This document shows, piece after piece, positions 40,141 through 50,500 of a DNA stretch of 64,000 nt. Position 1 is the stretch's first letter. The number at the start of each line of letters is the position of its first letter. The notes beneath the pieces are model-generated. The model did not search any database, was not told the DNA's origin, and saw only the letters and a program-made list of their open reading frames with translations. The DNA is from an uncultured Gemmatimonadales bacterium (GTDB lineage Bacteria > Gemmatimonadota > Gemmatimonadetes > Gemmatimonadales > GWC2-71-9): NCBI GenBank assembly GCA_963730185.1, contig CAVSQW010000013.1:32001-96000 (forward strand), written 5' to 3'. The position numbers and the translations under genes were made by a program.

Positions 40141-40679
40141 TGGCGGACCGAACGCCCGGCGGCCGGCCGGCGAGGCTGAGGGGGCCGATCGTCTCACTGG
40201 TGGCGGCGGTGGCGGAGAACGGGGTGATCGGGAAGGATGGCCATCTCCCCTGGCGGCTCCCCGACGACTGGAAGTTCTTCAAGCGGCTGACCGTCGATCA
40301 CACCGTGGTCATGGGTCGGAAGACCTTCGACGAGATCGAGCGACCCCTCGCCAACCGGCGGAACGTGGTCGTCTCCCGGAATCCTGGGTTCCGACCCCTC
40401 GGCGTCACCGTGGTTCCCTCACTCGAGGAGGCGTTCGCCCTCGGAGCCACCGAGGACGAGGTCTTCGTGATCGGCGGCGCCGAGATCTACCGTCAGGCCC
40501 TGGCCAGGGCCGATCGACTCTACCTGACGGTGGTACACGCGGCGGTCGAAGGCGACACCAGATTCCCCGAATTCGACCGTGCGGGTTGGGTGCTGGAAGA
40601 GGAAAAGCACCATCCAGCCGACGAAAAGCACGCCTACCCTTTCACTTTTCGCCGTTACACGCGCCTTCGAAGCCGTTGA
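40140..40679 (+). CDS. folA: Dihydrofolate reductase
   Basis: 'NGVIG..G.LPW.LPDD', 'MGRKTF', 'RPLANRRNVV', 'IGGAEIY', 'EGDTRFP'. Coupled to thyA. Confidence 0.95.
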   Translation: MADRTPGGRPARLRGPIVSLVAAVAENGVIGKDGHLPWRLPDDWKFFKRLTVDHTVVMGRKTFDEIERPLANRRNVVVSRNPGFRPLGVTVVPSLEEAFALGATEDEVFVIGGAEIYRQALARADRLYLTVVHAAVEGDTRFPEFDRAGWVLEEEKHHPADEKHAYPFTFRRYTRLRSR

Positions 40680-41804
40680 TCAGCGTTGTCGCGCACCGCC
40701 GTCGATCGGTGATGCGGCGTCCGGTCTTGCACTTTGCCAGTCTTCGCCGAGTAGACTTGCGACAGTCGCCGCAAGCTGACTTTGGGTCCCGCGAAAGCCG
40801 CGACGGGCCCCGAGCGGCGGCGTCTTCGGTCCCATCATCGCCATCCAGATCCGTTCCGCCGCCGGCACGTCGCGGCCGTGATCGGTCCAGTCCCGGCCTT
40901 CGCCTCGACCATGATCGGTGGCCAGCACGAGGCTGGTGCGACCCCGGTATTCGGGCAGCGACTGGGCCGCGTGCCAGAGGTCGGCGATGAACCGATCGGC
41001 CCGATGGGCGGCGTCGAGGTAGAGGTCGTAGCGGCGACGATGGGCCCACTCGTCGGTCTCGCCGAGGAGCACGACCAGCACCCGCGGACGATCGCGAGAG
41101 AGGGTCGCGAGGGCCGCCTCCATGGCCGGCGCGTCCAGCGCCGATCCCCGCCAGAGGAGGGGCAGGCGGTCGGTATAGTCGTCGATCGTTCGCTCCCGTT
41201 CGGTGGTCGCGCCGGGGAACGGTATTCCGAGTGCCGTCACGGGGAGACCGCTTCGTTCGGCGTTGAAGATGTAGGGGAAAACGTCCCACGAACCGAAGAT
41301 CGCGATGGCCCCCCGATAGCCCCGCCGGGTGGCCAGCCACTCGAGCACGGTGAGGTTGGGATTGGGCACCTTGTCGTTGCTGTCGATCCGGTCGTCGGGG
41401 GCGCCGCTGAAGAGCTCGTTGTACCCCGGATAGGAAAACCACTTGCCGTTGGTCACCCGAACGAGGCTCCCGGCGGAGGGGTCGCCGAGCACCTGACCGC
41501 CGGTGGCGATGGAGTCCCAGAGGAAGGGCAGCAGCCGGCGGCGGCGGTCGGTCGGTGTCTCGCCCCAGAACCGACTCCGGACCAGGGCCGTGTCCTCGAC
41601 GCCGCCGTCCGGTCCCGCCAGCAGGTCGTGATCGGCGCCGCCGAAGACCTCCTGCCACCGCATTCCGTCGAGCGTGACGACGATCACCCGCTGATCGGTC
41701 GCCTGTCCAACGAGCGGTGCCGTCGCCGCGCCGACCAGCATCGCCGCGCCGACGAGCACCGTTTCGAGCGTTCTGCGCCGCCGATTCTCGCGTTTTGCAG
41801 TCAT
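40680..41804 (-). CDS. Alkaline phosphatase superfamily protein (exported)
   Basis: 'VTLDGMRWQE', 'FSYPGYNE', 'GETDEWAH', 'TDHGRG' metal-binding motifs. Confidence 0.8.
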   Translation of the reverse strand: MTAKRENRRRRTLETVLVGAAMLVGAATAPLVGQATDQRVIVVTLDGMRWQEVFGGADHDLLAGPDGGVEDTALVRSRFWGETPTDRRRRLLPFLWDSIATGGQVLGDPSAGSLVRVTNGKWFSYPGYNELFSGAPDDRIDSNDKVPNPNLTVLEWLATRRGYRGAIAIFGSWDVFPYIFNAERSGLPVTALGIPFPGATTERERTIDDYTDRLPLLWRGSALDAPAMEAALATLSRDRPRVLVVLLGETDEWAHRRRYDLYLDAAHRADRFIADLWHAAQSLPEYRGRTSLVLATDHGRGEGRDWTDHGRDVPAAERIWMAMMGPKTPPLGARRGFRGTQSQLAATVASLLGEDWQSARPDAASPIDGGARQR

Positions 41805-41971
41805 TGAAAGAGCCCGCGTTTGGATGTCGAGGTCGAATTGGCCCGTGTTTTGATCGTAAAATCTATTGTGCGGCGTTTGCATGTTTTTTACTTTTGTTTG
41901 CGGTAGTTGTACGAATCACTTCGTTGTGGCGGATCGGGTGTGGGACCGTTTGACCTCATCAAGGAGATCTC

Positions 41972-43116
41972 TTGGCGGTCCGAATAGGGTTCGCGTTCAA
42001 TCTCAAGCCCACTCTTCCCTCCGCGTCGGCGGGCGACTCGAACGCCTCTGCTGACCCCAGCGCTTCCCCGGACGATAGCTCCACCGTTCCTCATGCCGGC
42101 CGCGATCTGCGTTCGGACCTGCCGCAGCCCGACCTCTATGCGGAGTGGGACGAGCCGGCGACCATCGACGCGGTCGAACAGGCGCTCGCTCCAGGCTCGG
42201 CGAAGGTGATCCGCCTCGAAGCCGACCACGAGTTTCCCCGGAAGCTCATGGCCGCCCAGCCGATTTCGTCTTCAACATCGCCGAGGGACTCTACGGCCCG
42301 AACCGCGAGGCTCACGTCCCGGCCATCTGCGAGTTCCTCGGGCATGCCCTACCACGCCTCCGACCCGCTCGACCCTGAGCCTGTCGCTCCACAAGGGCCG
42401 CGGCCAAGGAGATCCTCGCGCACCACGGCGTGCCGACGGCCCGTTCATCATGGCCGATACCCGCGCCGACGCCCGCGAACGTGACCCTGCCGTTCCCGCT
42501 CTTCGTGAAGCCGGCCTGCGAGGGGTCGGGCAAGGGGATCACCGTCCAGAGCCTGTGCACCACCCGGGCGCAGCTCGTGCCGGAGGTGGGCGAGCTGCTC
42601 GACGTCTACGCCGCAGCCGGTGCTGATCGAGACCTACCTCCCGGCCAGGAGTTCACGGTCGCGATCCTGGGGAACGGCGCCGGAGGCGCGCTGCCTGCCG
42701 CTCGTCGGCATGAAGTTCGAGGACCTCCCCTACGGCGCTCCGCCGATTTACGGCTACGAGGCCAAGTGGATCTGGGACACTCCCGACCGGCCGCTCGAGA
42801 TCTTCGAATGCCCGGCCGCGCGTTCCCGAGGAGCCTCGCCGGCGAGATCCGGGCGGTCGCCCTGGCCGCGTACAACGCGCTCGGGTTGCCGGGACTGGTG
42901 CCGGGTCGACGTCCGCTGCGACGCCGCCGGCAGCCCGGTCGTGGTCGAGGTCAATCCGCTCCCGGGCATTCTCCCGGATCCGCGGGACAACTCCTGCTTC
43001 CCGAAGGCCGCCCGCGCGGCCGGAATGTCCTACGACGGTCTGATCCAGACCGTCGCCGACATCGCCTGGCGCCGGATCAGCGGGAAGTTCCTCGGCGCAC
43101 CGAGGCTGCGGCATGA
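41972..43116 (+). pseudogene. D-Ala-D-Ala ligase-like ATP-grasp protein 1 (multiple frameshifts; probably an intact gene with sequence errors)
   Basis: AAGGAG RBS and TTG. Fragments across frames: 'RIGFAFNLK', 'YAEWD', 'FVFNIAEG...NREAHVPAICEFLG', 'FPLFVKPACEGSGKGI', 'IETYLP.EFTV', 'RVDVR', 'EVNPLPG'. Confidence 0.75.
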
Positions 43117-44160
43117 AAGTCGCGATCGTCTACGACGCCGGCAGCGAGCGAGTGGGACTCCGCAGGACGTCGCGGCCGTCCTGGACAACGTCCAGGACGG
43201 TCCGGGCCGCGTCCTCGGCGCGCCGGCCACGACGACGACCTGATCCCGGTCGCCCTGGGCGACGTCCGCTGGCTCGCAGCGGGTCCAGCGGGCGGACGCG
43301 ATCTTCAATCTCTGTGAGGGGGTCAACGGCGATGCCCGGTACGAGGACTACGTCGTCGCCGCCCTCGAGCTACCCGGGTGCCGTTCACCGGCTGCCGGCT
43401 CGTGGGCGATCACGATCGCCCACCGGAAGCACGTCGCCAACACCCTCCTCCAGGCCGACGGCGTCCCGGTCCCCGCCTTTGCGCTGGTCGCAGGGCAACG
43501 CTTCGCCGCCGACTTTCGCTTTCCGGCCATCGTGAAGACCGTCGGGGGAAGATGCGAGCGTCGGGATCGACAACGAAGGCCGTCTGCACTCCCGGAGGCG
43601 CTCAAGGAGCGGCTCAGCCAGGCCACCGCCCTCTGGGAGGACGTGTCCTGGTCCAGGAGTACGTGCCGGGCCGGGAGTTGAACGTCGGGTTCGTCGGCCG
43701 CGAGATGCCTGCCGATGTCCGAGATCGAACTTCGGGAAATGCCCAAGGGCAGCCTGGCCGATCGTGACCTACTGCCGCCAAGTGGGATCGAAGGCAGCGA
43801 GGAAGACCTGGCCACCGTGCCGGTGTGCCCAGCCGAGCTCGAGCCCGAGCTGGAGCAGAAGGTCGGCGACGATCGCCCGCCACGCGTGGGAGCTGCTGGC
43901 GGGGGGCGCGCGGATACGGCCGGGTCGACATGCGACTCGCCGCCGACGGCCAGCCCTACGTGCTCGAGGTCAATCCCAATCCGGACATCTCCGACGACGC
44001 CGGCCTGGCCGGATGGCCGCCGGCCCGCGGTTGGGACTACCCGACGCGCTGGTCCTCCAGATGCTCGACGAAGCGCTCCACCGCGTCGCAGCGGCGCCGC
44101 GCCGCCGAGGAGCAGATACCTCAAGATCTCGGGCGTGACCGGTACCGCGGAGACCGTAGT
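43113..44160 (+). pseudogene. D-Ala-D-Ala ligase-like ATP-grasp protein 2 (multiple frameshifts)
   Basis: MKVAIVYD start. Fragments 'IFNLCEG', 'PFTG', 'EDASVGID', 'VQEYVPGRELNV', 'GYGRVDMRL', '[11 protein letters not shown]'. The 3' end is approximate. Confidence 0.72.
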
Positions 44161-44669
44161 GAAGCTCCGGCCGTTGTCGCCGGCCGACCGGGGCCGCGGT
44201 CGAGAGCGATGACCCGGGCGCGTCGGCGTGTTCCGGGAGGACGAGATCCCCGTGGCGCTCGAGGTCTTCGACCTGGCCGCCGGCGCCGGACCCGATGGGC
44301 GGATCGACGCCGACTACGAGCATGCCGGGGTCGAGGTCGACGGCGCCTTGATGGGATGGGCCAGCTGGGGGCACACGCCCGGGACGCTGGGCACCTTCGA
44401 CCTCTACTGGATCGTCGTCGATCCGGCCGGGCATGGTCGCGGCCTCGGGGTCGGCCCTGCTTGACGAGATGGAGCGGCGAATCGCCGGCCGGGCCCGGCT
44501 GGTGCTGGTCGAGACCTCGGGACGGGCCGACTATGCCGGGACCCGGGCCTTCTACGAGCGCCGCGGCTACCACTTGGCCGCCACCATCCCCGGCTTCTAC
44601 GCCCCCGGTGACGACCGGGTGACCTTCGCCAAGCAGGTCGAAGGCTGGCGTCTCTCGGGAACGAGGTAG
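44159..44669 (+). pseudogene. GNAT family N-acetyltransferase (frameshifted)
   Basis: Fragments '[12 protein letters not shown]', '[18 protein letters not shown]', '[21 protein letters not shown]', 'FYAPGDD'. Confidence 0.72.
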
Positions 44670-44676
44670 GATCCCC

Positions 44677-45846
44677 ATGTCCAGTTGGCAGGAGCTCCTG
44701 CGTCAGCGGTCCATCGCCAGCCTCGAGTCGCTGGCCGAGCGGTTCGGGCCGGACCAGTTCCCCCAGATCGACCGGCTCCGGCAGGCGGTCGACAACTTCG
44801 AGTTCCGGATCTCCCCGCCGATGGTGGACCTGATCCAGGAGCCGGGCGACCCGATCTGGCAGCAGTATGTGCCCACCATCCAGGAGCTGGAGATCGAGGA
44901 CGGGATCGTCGACTCGCTCAACGAAGACGCGGACAGCCCGGTCCCCAACATCACCCACCGCTACCCCGACCGGGCCCTGTTCCTGGTCTCGCCGGTCTGC
45001 GCCAGCTATTGCCGCTTCTGCACCCGGCGTCGGAAGGTGGGCGACCCCGAGAAGATCCCGATGTCGCAGTTCGAGTCGGCCTTCCAGTACCTGGAAGCGC
45101 ACACCGAGATCCGCGACGTCATCATGTCGGGCGGCGACCCGCTGATGCTCTCTGACCGGCGGTTGGAGCTGATCCTCACCCGGCTCCGGGCCATCCCGCA
45201 CTTGGAGATCATCCGGATCGGGAGCCGGATTCCCTGTCATCTGCCGGAGCGGATCACGCCGGAGCTGTGCGACATGCTGCACAAGTTCCATCCGCTCTTC
45301 ATCAACACCCACTTCAATCACCCGAGCGAGCTCACTCCGGCCGCCGTGAAGGCCCTCGGCATGCTGGCCGACGCCGGCATCCCGCTCGGCTGCCAGACCG
45401 TGCTCCTCAAGGGGATCAACGACACCCCCGAGGTGATGGTCCGCCTGATGCAGAAGCTGCTGATGGCGAGGGTCCGGCCCTACTACCTCTACATGGCCGA
45501 CCAGGTGGCCGGGGCCGAGCACTTCCGGACCTCGGTCGGGACCGGGCTCAAGATCATGAAGGCGCTCCGGGGCTGGACCAGCGGGCTGGCCATCCCCTAC
45601 TTCGTGATCGACGCGCCCGGCGGCGGCGGGAAGGTGCCGCTGGTGCCGGACTATGTGGAGAGCTTCAGCGAGGATGAGGTGGTGCTCCGGAACTTCCGCG
45701 GCGACCGGTACGTGTACCGGCAGCCTGACGGAGCGGCGGCGGCGGCCCGGAAGACCGACCCCGAGTATCTCTTCGATCCGTCCTTCGAGCTTCCGGCCCG
45801 GAAGAAGGGGGCGGGGGCGAAGCCCGGGCGGCGGAAGACCGCGTAG
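44677..45846 (+). CDS. kamA: KamA-family radical SAM protein (lysine 2,3-aminomutase-like)
   Basis: 'THRYPDR', CxxxCxxC 'CASYCRFCTRRR', 'SGGDPL', 'HFNHP.E', 'RVRPYY', PLP-Lys 'DAPGGGGK'. Confidence 0.9.
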   Translation: MSSWQELLRQRSIASLESLAERFGPDQFPQIDRLRQAVDNFEFRISPPMVDLIQEPGDPIWQQYVPTIQELEIEDGIVDSLNEDADSPVPNITHRYPDRALFLVSPVCASYCRFCTRRRKVGDPEKIPMSQFESAFQYLEAHTEIRDVIMSGGDPLMLSDRRLELILTRLRAIPHLEIIRIGSRIPCHLPERITPELCDMLHKFHPLFINTHFNHPSELTPAAVKALGMLADAGIPLGCQTVLLKGINDTPEVMVRLMQKLLMARVRPYYLYMADQVAGAEHFRTSVGTGLKIMKALRGWTSGLAIPYFVIDAPGGGGKVPLVPDYVESFSEDEVVLRNFRGDRYVYRQPDGAAAAARKTDPEYLFDPSFELPARKKGAGAKPGRRKTA

Positions 45847-46100
45847 GCTGCCGCTCCCGAAGCTCCCGACCGCCCGGCGCCGTCTCGGTTGCCAGGCGGT
45901 CTGCTTTCCGGAGGTGATCCCGCGGATTCATGGGATGGCCTGCCTCGGTGACTACGACCCCGAGGCTTCTCGGGCGGGGGTACCCTGGTTCGGCGGCGCT
46001 TCCGAGAGATCCGGTTCGGCATCGCCCTCACCAGGCGGTGAGGGCGGACGGCCCAGGGGGCGATCCGACGCGATACCGGACCGGAATCTCCGGGGGAAGC

Positions 46101-46547
46101 CTAGTGTCCCATGTCTCCCGACATGGCGAGATCGCCGCACGCCACCACGTCGTCGCCGCCGGCGGCATGCACATTCACGTGATAGTCCGCTTTCGGGTCC
46201 AGCTTGACCGGCACCACGGCCGAGGCCGAGCCGCCGCCCATCTTGTCGACCGTGATGGGTTTGTAGACGTTGGCCGGGCCCACGACGCCGCCATTGGACC
46301 CGCACTTGCCGCTGTGCACGTGCCAGTGGTGAACCGAGCCGGGCTTGGCGCCGAGGATTGTGATCGACGCCCGATACGACGTCCCGTCGTCCTTCTTGCC
46401 GGCCATCGCCATCGCCGGCTCGATGTCGGCGCTGCCGCTGATGCCGGAGGAGCCGACCGCATTGATGGTCGCGTGCCAACTGGTGAGCACGGCCACGGAA
46501 AGGAGGCTGACGGCACCGGCCGTCGCGGCAAAGAGACGCATACTCAT
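46101..46547 (-). CDS. Small secreted Cu/Zn-SOD-like / CHRD-like protein (His-rich)
   Basis: Signal peptide; 'HHWHVHSGKC', 'YHVNVH', 'VVACGDL'; GAGGGAG RBS. Confidence 0.7.
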   Translation of the reverse strand: MSMRLFAATAGAVSLLSVAVLTSWHATINAVGSSGISGSADIEPAMAMAGKKDDGTSYRASITILGAKPGSVHHWHVHSGKCGSNGGVVGPANVYKPITVDKMGGGSASAVVPVKLDPKADYHVNVHAAGGDDVVACGDLAMSGDMGH

Positions 46548-46765
46548 GGGAACTCCCTCGGAATGCTGTATCCTCTTCGACGGCTCCGGCCGCTTCTCTT
46601 GCACAGCGGGGGACACCGGAGGCTGGCGGAGTTGCGCCACCGGAGATGGGCGGTGGGCCGCCGGCCGGGACGACCCCGGCGCGACGGGTCCGTGAGGACG
46701 GCCCACCGACCATTCCGGCAGCGTGCCGGTCGCCAGGGGGAGTTGACGACCGGCCCGCCGATTCC

Positions 46766-47218
46766 CTACTCGCCGCCGCTAAAGTCGCCGCAGCCGAGGA
46801 CCGAGCCGCCCCCGCTGACGGAGACTGAATACGACTTCGTGGGATCGAGCTCGGCCGGGACCTTCGCCGTGGCCTGGCCGGCGCCCTGGTCGTCCACCTT
46901 GATCGCCGGATAGGCGCTCCCGGAGCCGACCGCCCCGCTCGGTGCGCTGCAGCGACCCTCCTGGACCTGCCAGGCGAGGGTGGAGCCGGCCGTGGCCCCG
47001 GTGACGCTCACCGTCGCCTGATACGACGCCGGTGCCGCCGCCGCGGCCGGCGTGGCCGCCGAGCCGGCAGCGCCACCCCCGGCCTGCTCGATCGTGGCCG
47101 ACCCGCTGATGCCCGAGTCACCCTTCGGGCTGATCCGGGCATTCCATCCCGCCCCCAGCGCCGTCGCGGCCAAGAAGCCGGCTGAACCCAGAGCCATGGT
47201 GATTTCGTGAGTACGCAT
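46766..47218 (-). CDS. Secreted paralog of the 46101-46547 protein lacking the His residues
   Basis: Colinear similarity (SGISGSA.IE, SY.A, G.C, Y..I.VD..G.G.A.A.VP..LDP, CGD); AAGGAAGGAG RBS. Confidence 0.7.
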   Translation of the reverse strand: MRTHEITMALGSAGFLAATALGAGWNARISPKGDSGISGSATIEQAGGGAAGSAATPAAAAAPASYQATVSVTGATAGSTLAWQVQEGRCSAPSGAVGSGSAYPAIKVDDQGAGQATAKVPAELDPTKSYSVSVSGGGSVLGCGDFSGGE

Positions 47219-47518
47219 CGTGTCGCTCCTTCCTTGGCGACCCGGAGCCGGGCGCCCCTGAAGACAAGAAGGCGCGACCGACATGCCCTCCCTGGGCAAT
47301 CGATCGCGCCTTCATCGAACGAAGCCCGCTGCTTCGTCCGTGACGCTGATCCGGTCGACACACCGGACCGAGCTGTCCCTCGCCGACCAACGTAAGACGG
47401 GTTACGGCACCTCGCAAGACTGCGAAAACAAGTCCCCGACCGGGAATGCGTCCCGGTGCAACGGGGAGTCTCGGGCGACGTCCCCGGATCAGGTGCGGCA
47501 CATGATGGCGAGGTGACC

Positions 47519-50500
47519 ATGACGGGCCCGGACCACGAATCGTTCGATCGGGTGGTGCCCGCGTTCGTCGGGTGGACCGCCTGGATCCTGCTGATGGTCG
47601 GAGGTGCGGCCCTGGTCTCCTGGGTCGTGCCGCCGATCCGCGGCTTGGCGATCGGAGCACAATCGCCCCTCTATCCCAACGAGGCGGTCGGGCTGGTCGG
47701 CGCCGGGCTGGCGCTCCTGGCACTCGCCTGGAAGCGGCGCGGCCTCGCGCTGGCCGGCGGGATGATCGCCGCGTTGGTCGGTGGACTCACTCTCTTCCAG
47801 TTCGTGAGCGGCGTCGACCTCGGTATCGATCGCGTGCTGCTCGGCGGTCTGGGCCCGATCCTCGACGGGGCCCGCTTTCCCGGTCGGATGACGGCCTCCT
47901 CCGCGCTCGGCCTGTTCTTCGCGGGAGTGAGCCTCGTCGCGCTGGTGGGCGCTCGAGGGAGCGGTGCAGTCGCGATCGTCGCCGGAGTCTTCGGCGCGAC
48001 CGTGGCGGCGCTCGGTGGCGCGGTCATCTTCGGATACGCCACCGGCATGCTGGCCGCCTTCCAAAGCGGCGGCGTCGCGGGTGGCTCACCCCTTGGCGCG
48101 CTCGCACTCTCCGCCCTCGGCGGCAGCATCGTGGCCGTGGCCTGGGATTCCGATCGACCGGTCGCCACTCTGCCTCGGTGGTTCGCGCCCGCCGTCACCA
48201 TCGCCTGCCTGACCGCGACCATCCTGATCTGGCGAGCGCTGGTCAGCCGCGACTCGGAGCAGCTCAACCAGCAACTGGTCCATGAAGCGGTGGCGGTCCG
48301 GCAGGCGCTCCGGATTCGGATCGATGCGTTGGTCAAGTCGCTCGGACGGCTCGCCGCCCGGACCGGGCAGTTGACCCGAGCTGAGTGGACGACCGACGCG
48401 GAGCGGATGGTCCGCGACGTCGCGGCCTATCGCGCCGTGGTCTGGACCGACCCGAGCGGGGCCGTCCGAGTGGTGCCGGATCTCACTCGCGACGGCGCGT
48501 TGGCTCGGCAGGTCGCCGACCTGGGCAATCCGGTCGTCGATACCGTCGTCGGCCTCCGGTACCTCGACGACCCGAGGTCGGCCTCCCTGGTCGACCAGGG
48601 CCGCCAGCTCACCGTCCGGGTCGCGGCGTGTCTGGACGGCAGGTGCCGCGGTCGGGTGCTGGGCCTGTTCGACCTGCATCGCCTCTTCGCCGCCACCCTG
48701 GACGAAACGGGACGCTACGGCTGCGTCACCGTCGCCACCGCCGGCCGAGTGCTCCGGGCGTCGCCCGACGACCACTGCCGGAACGACCGCCAGGCGGGCC
48801 AGACTTTCATGGCCGTGGGGTCGAATTCATGGACCGTGACGGTGCGGCCCACCGAGCAGATGTTGGCCGCCAACGGATCAACCTTGCCGACCGTCATTCT
48901 GCTCCTCGGCATCCTGGTCAGCGGGCTCCTCGGGGCCAGCCTCCGGTTGGCCCAGCGCTCCTGGGACCTGGCCCGGCGGGCCGAACAGACGGAGGTATCG
49001 CACGCCCTCCAGACCGCGACCGACGGGGTCTGGGAATGGGCGCCGCCCGACGGCCCGATGCGCCGGGCGGCAATGTGGCGGGCCCTTGGATTTGGCGAGA
49101 TCCCACTGCCCACCCGGGTCGCCTGGGAGTCGCTGATCCACCCGCTGGACCAGCCTCACGTCGCCGACGCCCTGCGCGACCACCTCGCCGGCCGGACCGA
49201 GTCGCTCACGATGGAGTATCGAATCCGGGCTGCGGACGGGACCTGGCACTGGATCGTCGACCGGGCTCGCGTCGTCGAGTGGCACGCCTTCCGCGAGCCT
49301 TCGCGAGTCCTCGGCATCTACGCCGACATCACCGAGCGTCATGTCGCCGCCGAGGCCCTGCGGGCCAGCGAACGGCGGTTCCGGGCGATGTTCGACAGCG
49401 CCTTCCAGCTCCAGATGCTGCTCAACCTCGATTATCGCCTGCTGGAGGTGAACCGGACCGCGCTGGCCTTTGCCGAGACCCGACTCGAGACGGTTCGCGG
49501 CCGTCGGATCTGGAATACTCCCTGGTGGCAGGGCTCGCTGGCCCGCGAGGCCCGGCTCCGGAAGGCGTGCGGACGAGCCGCGGCCGGGGAGACCGTGCCG
49601 TACCAGGAGGAGCTGAGCGGGTCGGCCGGCCGCCGGGCCAGCGTCGAGTGTTCGCTCCAGCCGATTCGCGACGAGCAGGGACGGGTCGTCCAGATCCTGG
49701 TCGAGGCGCGCGACGTGAGCGACCGGGAGCGGGCCGAGCGGGCCCTGCGCGAGCTGGCCACCTTCAGCACGATGGGGCGGTTGGCCGCCCGGGTCGCTCA
49801 CGAGATCAACAACCCGCTGGCCGGGATCCAGAACTCCTTCATGCTGATCAAGGATGCGGTGCCCGACGACCACCCCTATGTCCGGTACGTCGGGGCGATC
49901 GAACGGGAGATCGACCGGATCGCGAGCGTGACCCGACAGCTCTACGGCCTCTACCGAGCCGAGCGCGACGACGCTGCTGAGACAGCGATCGGCATCGCGG
50001 TATCGGACGCCGTGGGCTTGCTCAACCAGGTCAACCGGCGAGCCAACGTCCGAATCGAGACCGACACCGACGGCGCGTCGTCCGTCTTGCCGCTGCCCGA
50101 CGCCCTGATCCGCCAGATCGTCTTCAACCTGGTGCAGAACGCCGTGGAGGCGTCGCCCCCGGGCACCTCCGTGGCCGTCCGGGCGTGGACCGAGGCTGGA
50201 GTCTGCTGGCTGACGGTGCGCGACCATGGACCGGGCATCCCCGCCGACCTGCGCGAGCGGATCTTCACCGACTTCTACAGCACCAAGAGCGGCCTGGCCA
50301 CCGGAGGGATGGGCCTCGGGCTCTCGATCGTTCGCCGCTCGGTCCACGCGCTGGGGGGGCGCATCGAAGTGTTGAGCCCGCCCGACGGAGGGGCCGAAAT
50401 CCGGGCGCAGCTTCCATTCACCACCGAGAGGACCACCGATGACCACGATGTCGCCACCCGCCACCCGGGGCCGGATTCTGCTGGCCGACGACGAAGCGAC

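Noticed and set aside
39346..40679. thyA-folA coupling as a novel system
   Set aside because: Common, well-known gene pair.
41820..41960. AT-rich stretch as foreign DNA or mobile element end
   Set aside because: Short, located in a divergent spacer, with no terminal repeats or transposase. Best explained as promoter DNA.
44677..45846. KamA homologue as EpmB serving EF-P for the poly-Pro protein
   Set aside because: It has the KamA-type DAPGGGGK motif, and no efp or epmA is nearby. Its context is the ATP-grasp/GNAT operon.
47295..47311. Sigma54-like GGCGCG...TTGC on the minus strand upstream of the SOD-like pair
   Set aside because: Spacing is GG-N11-GC rather than the required N10.
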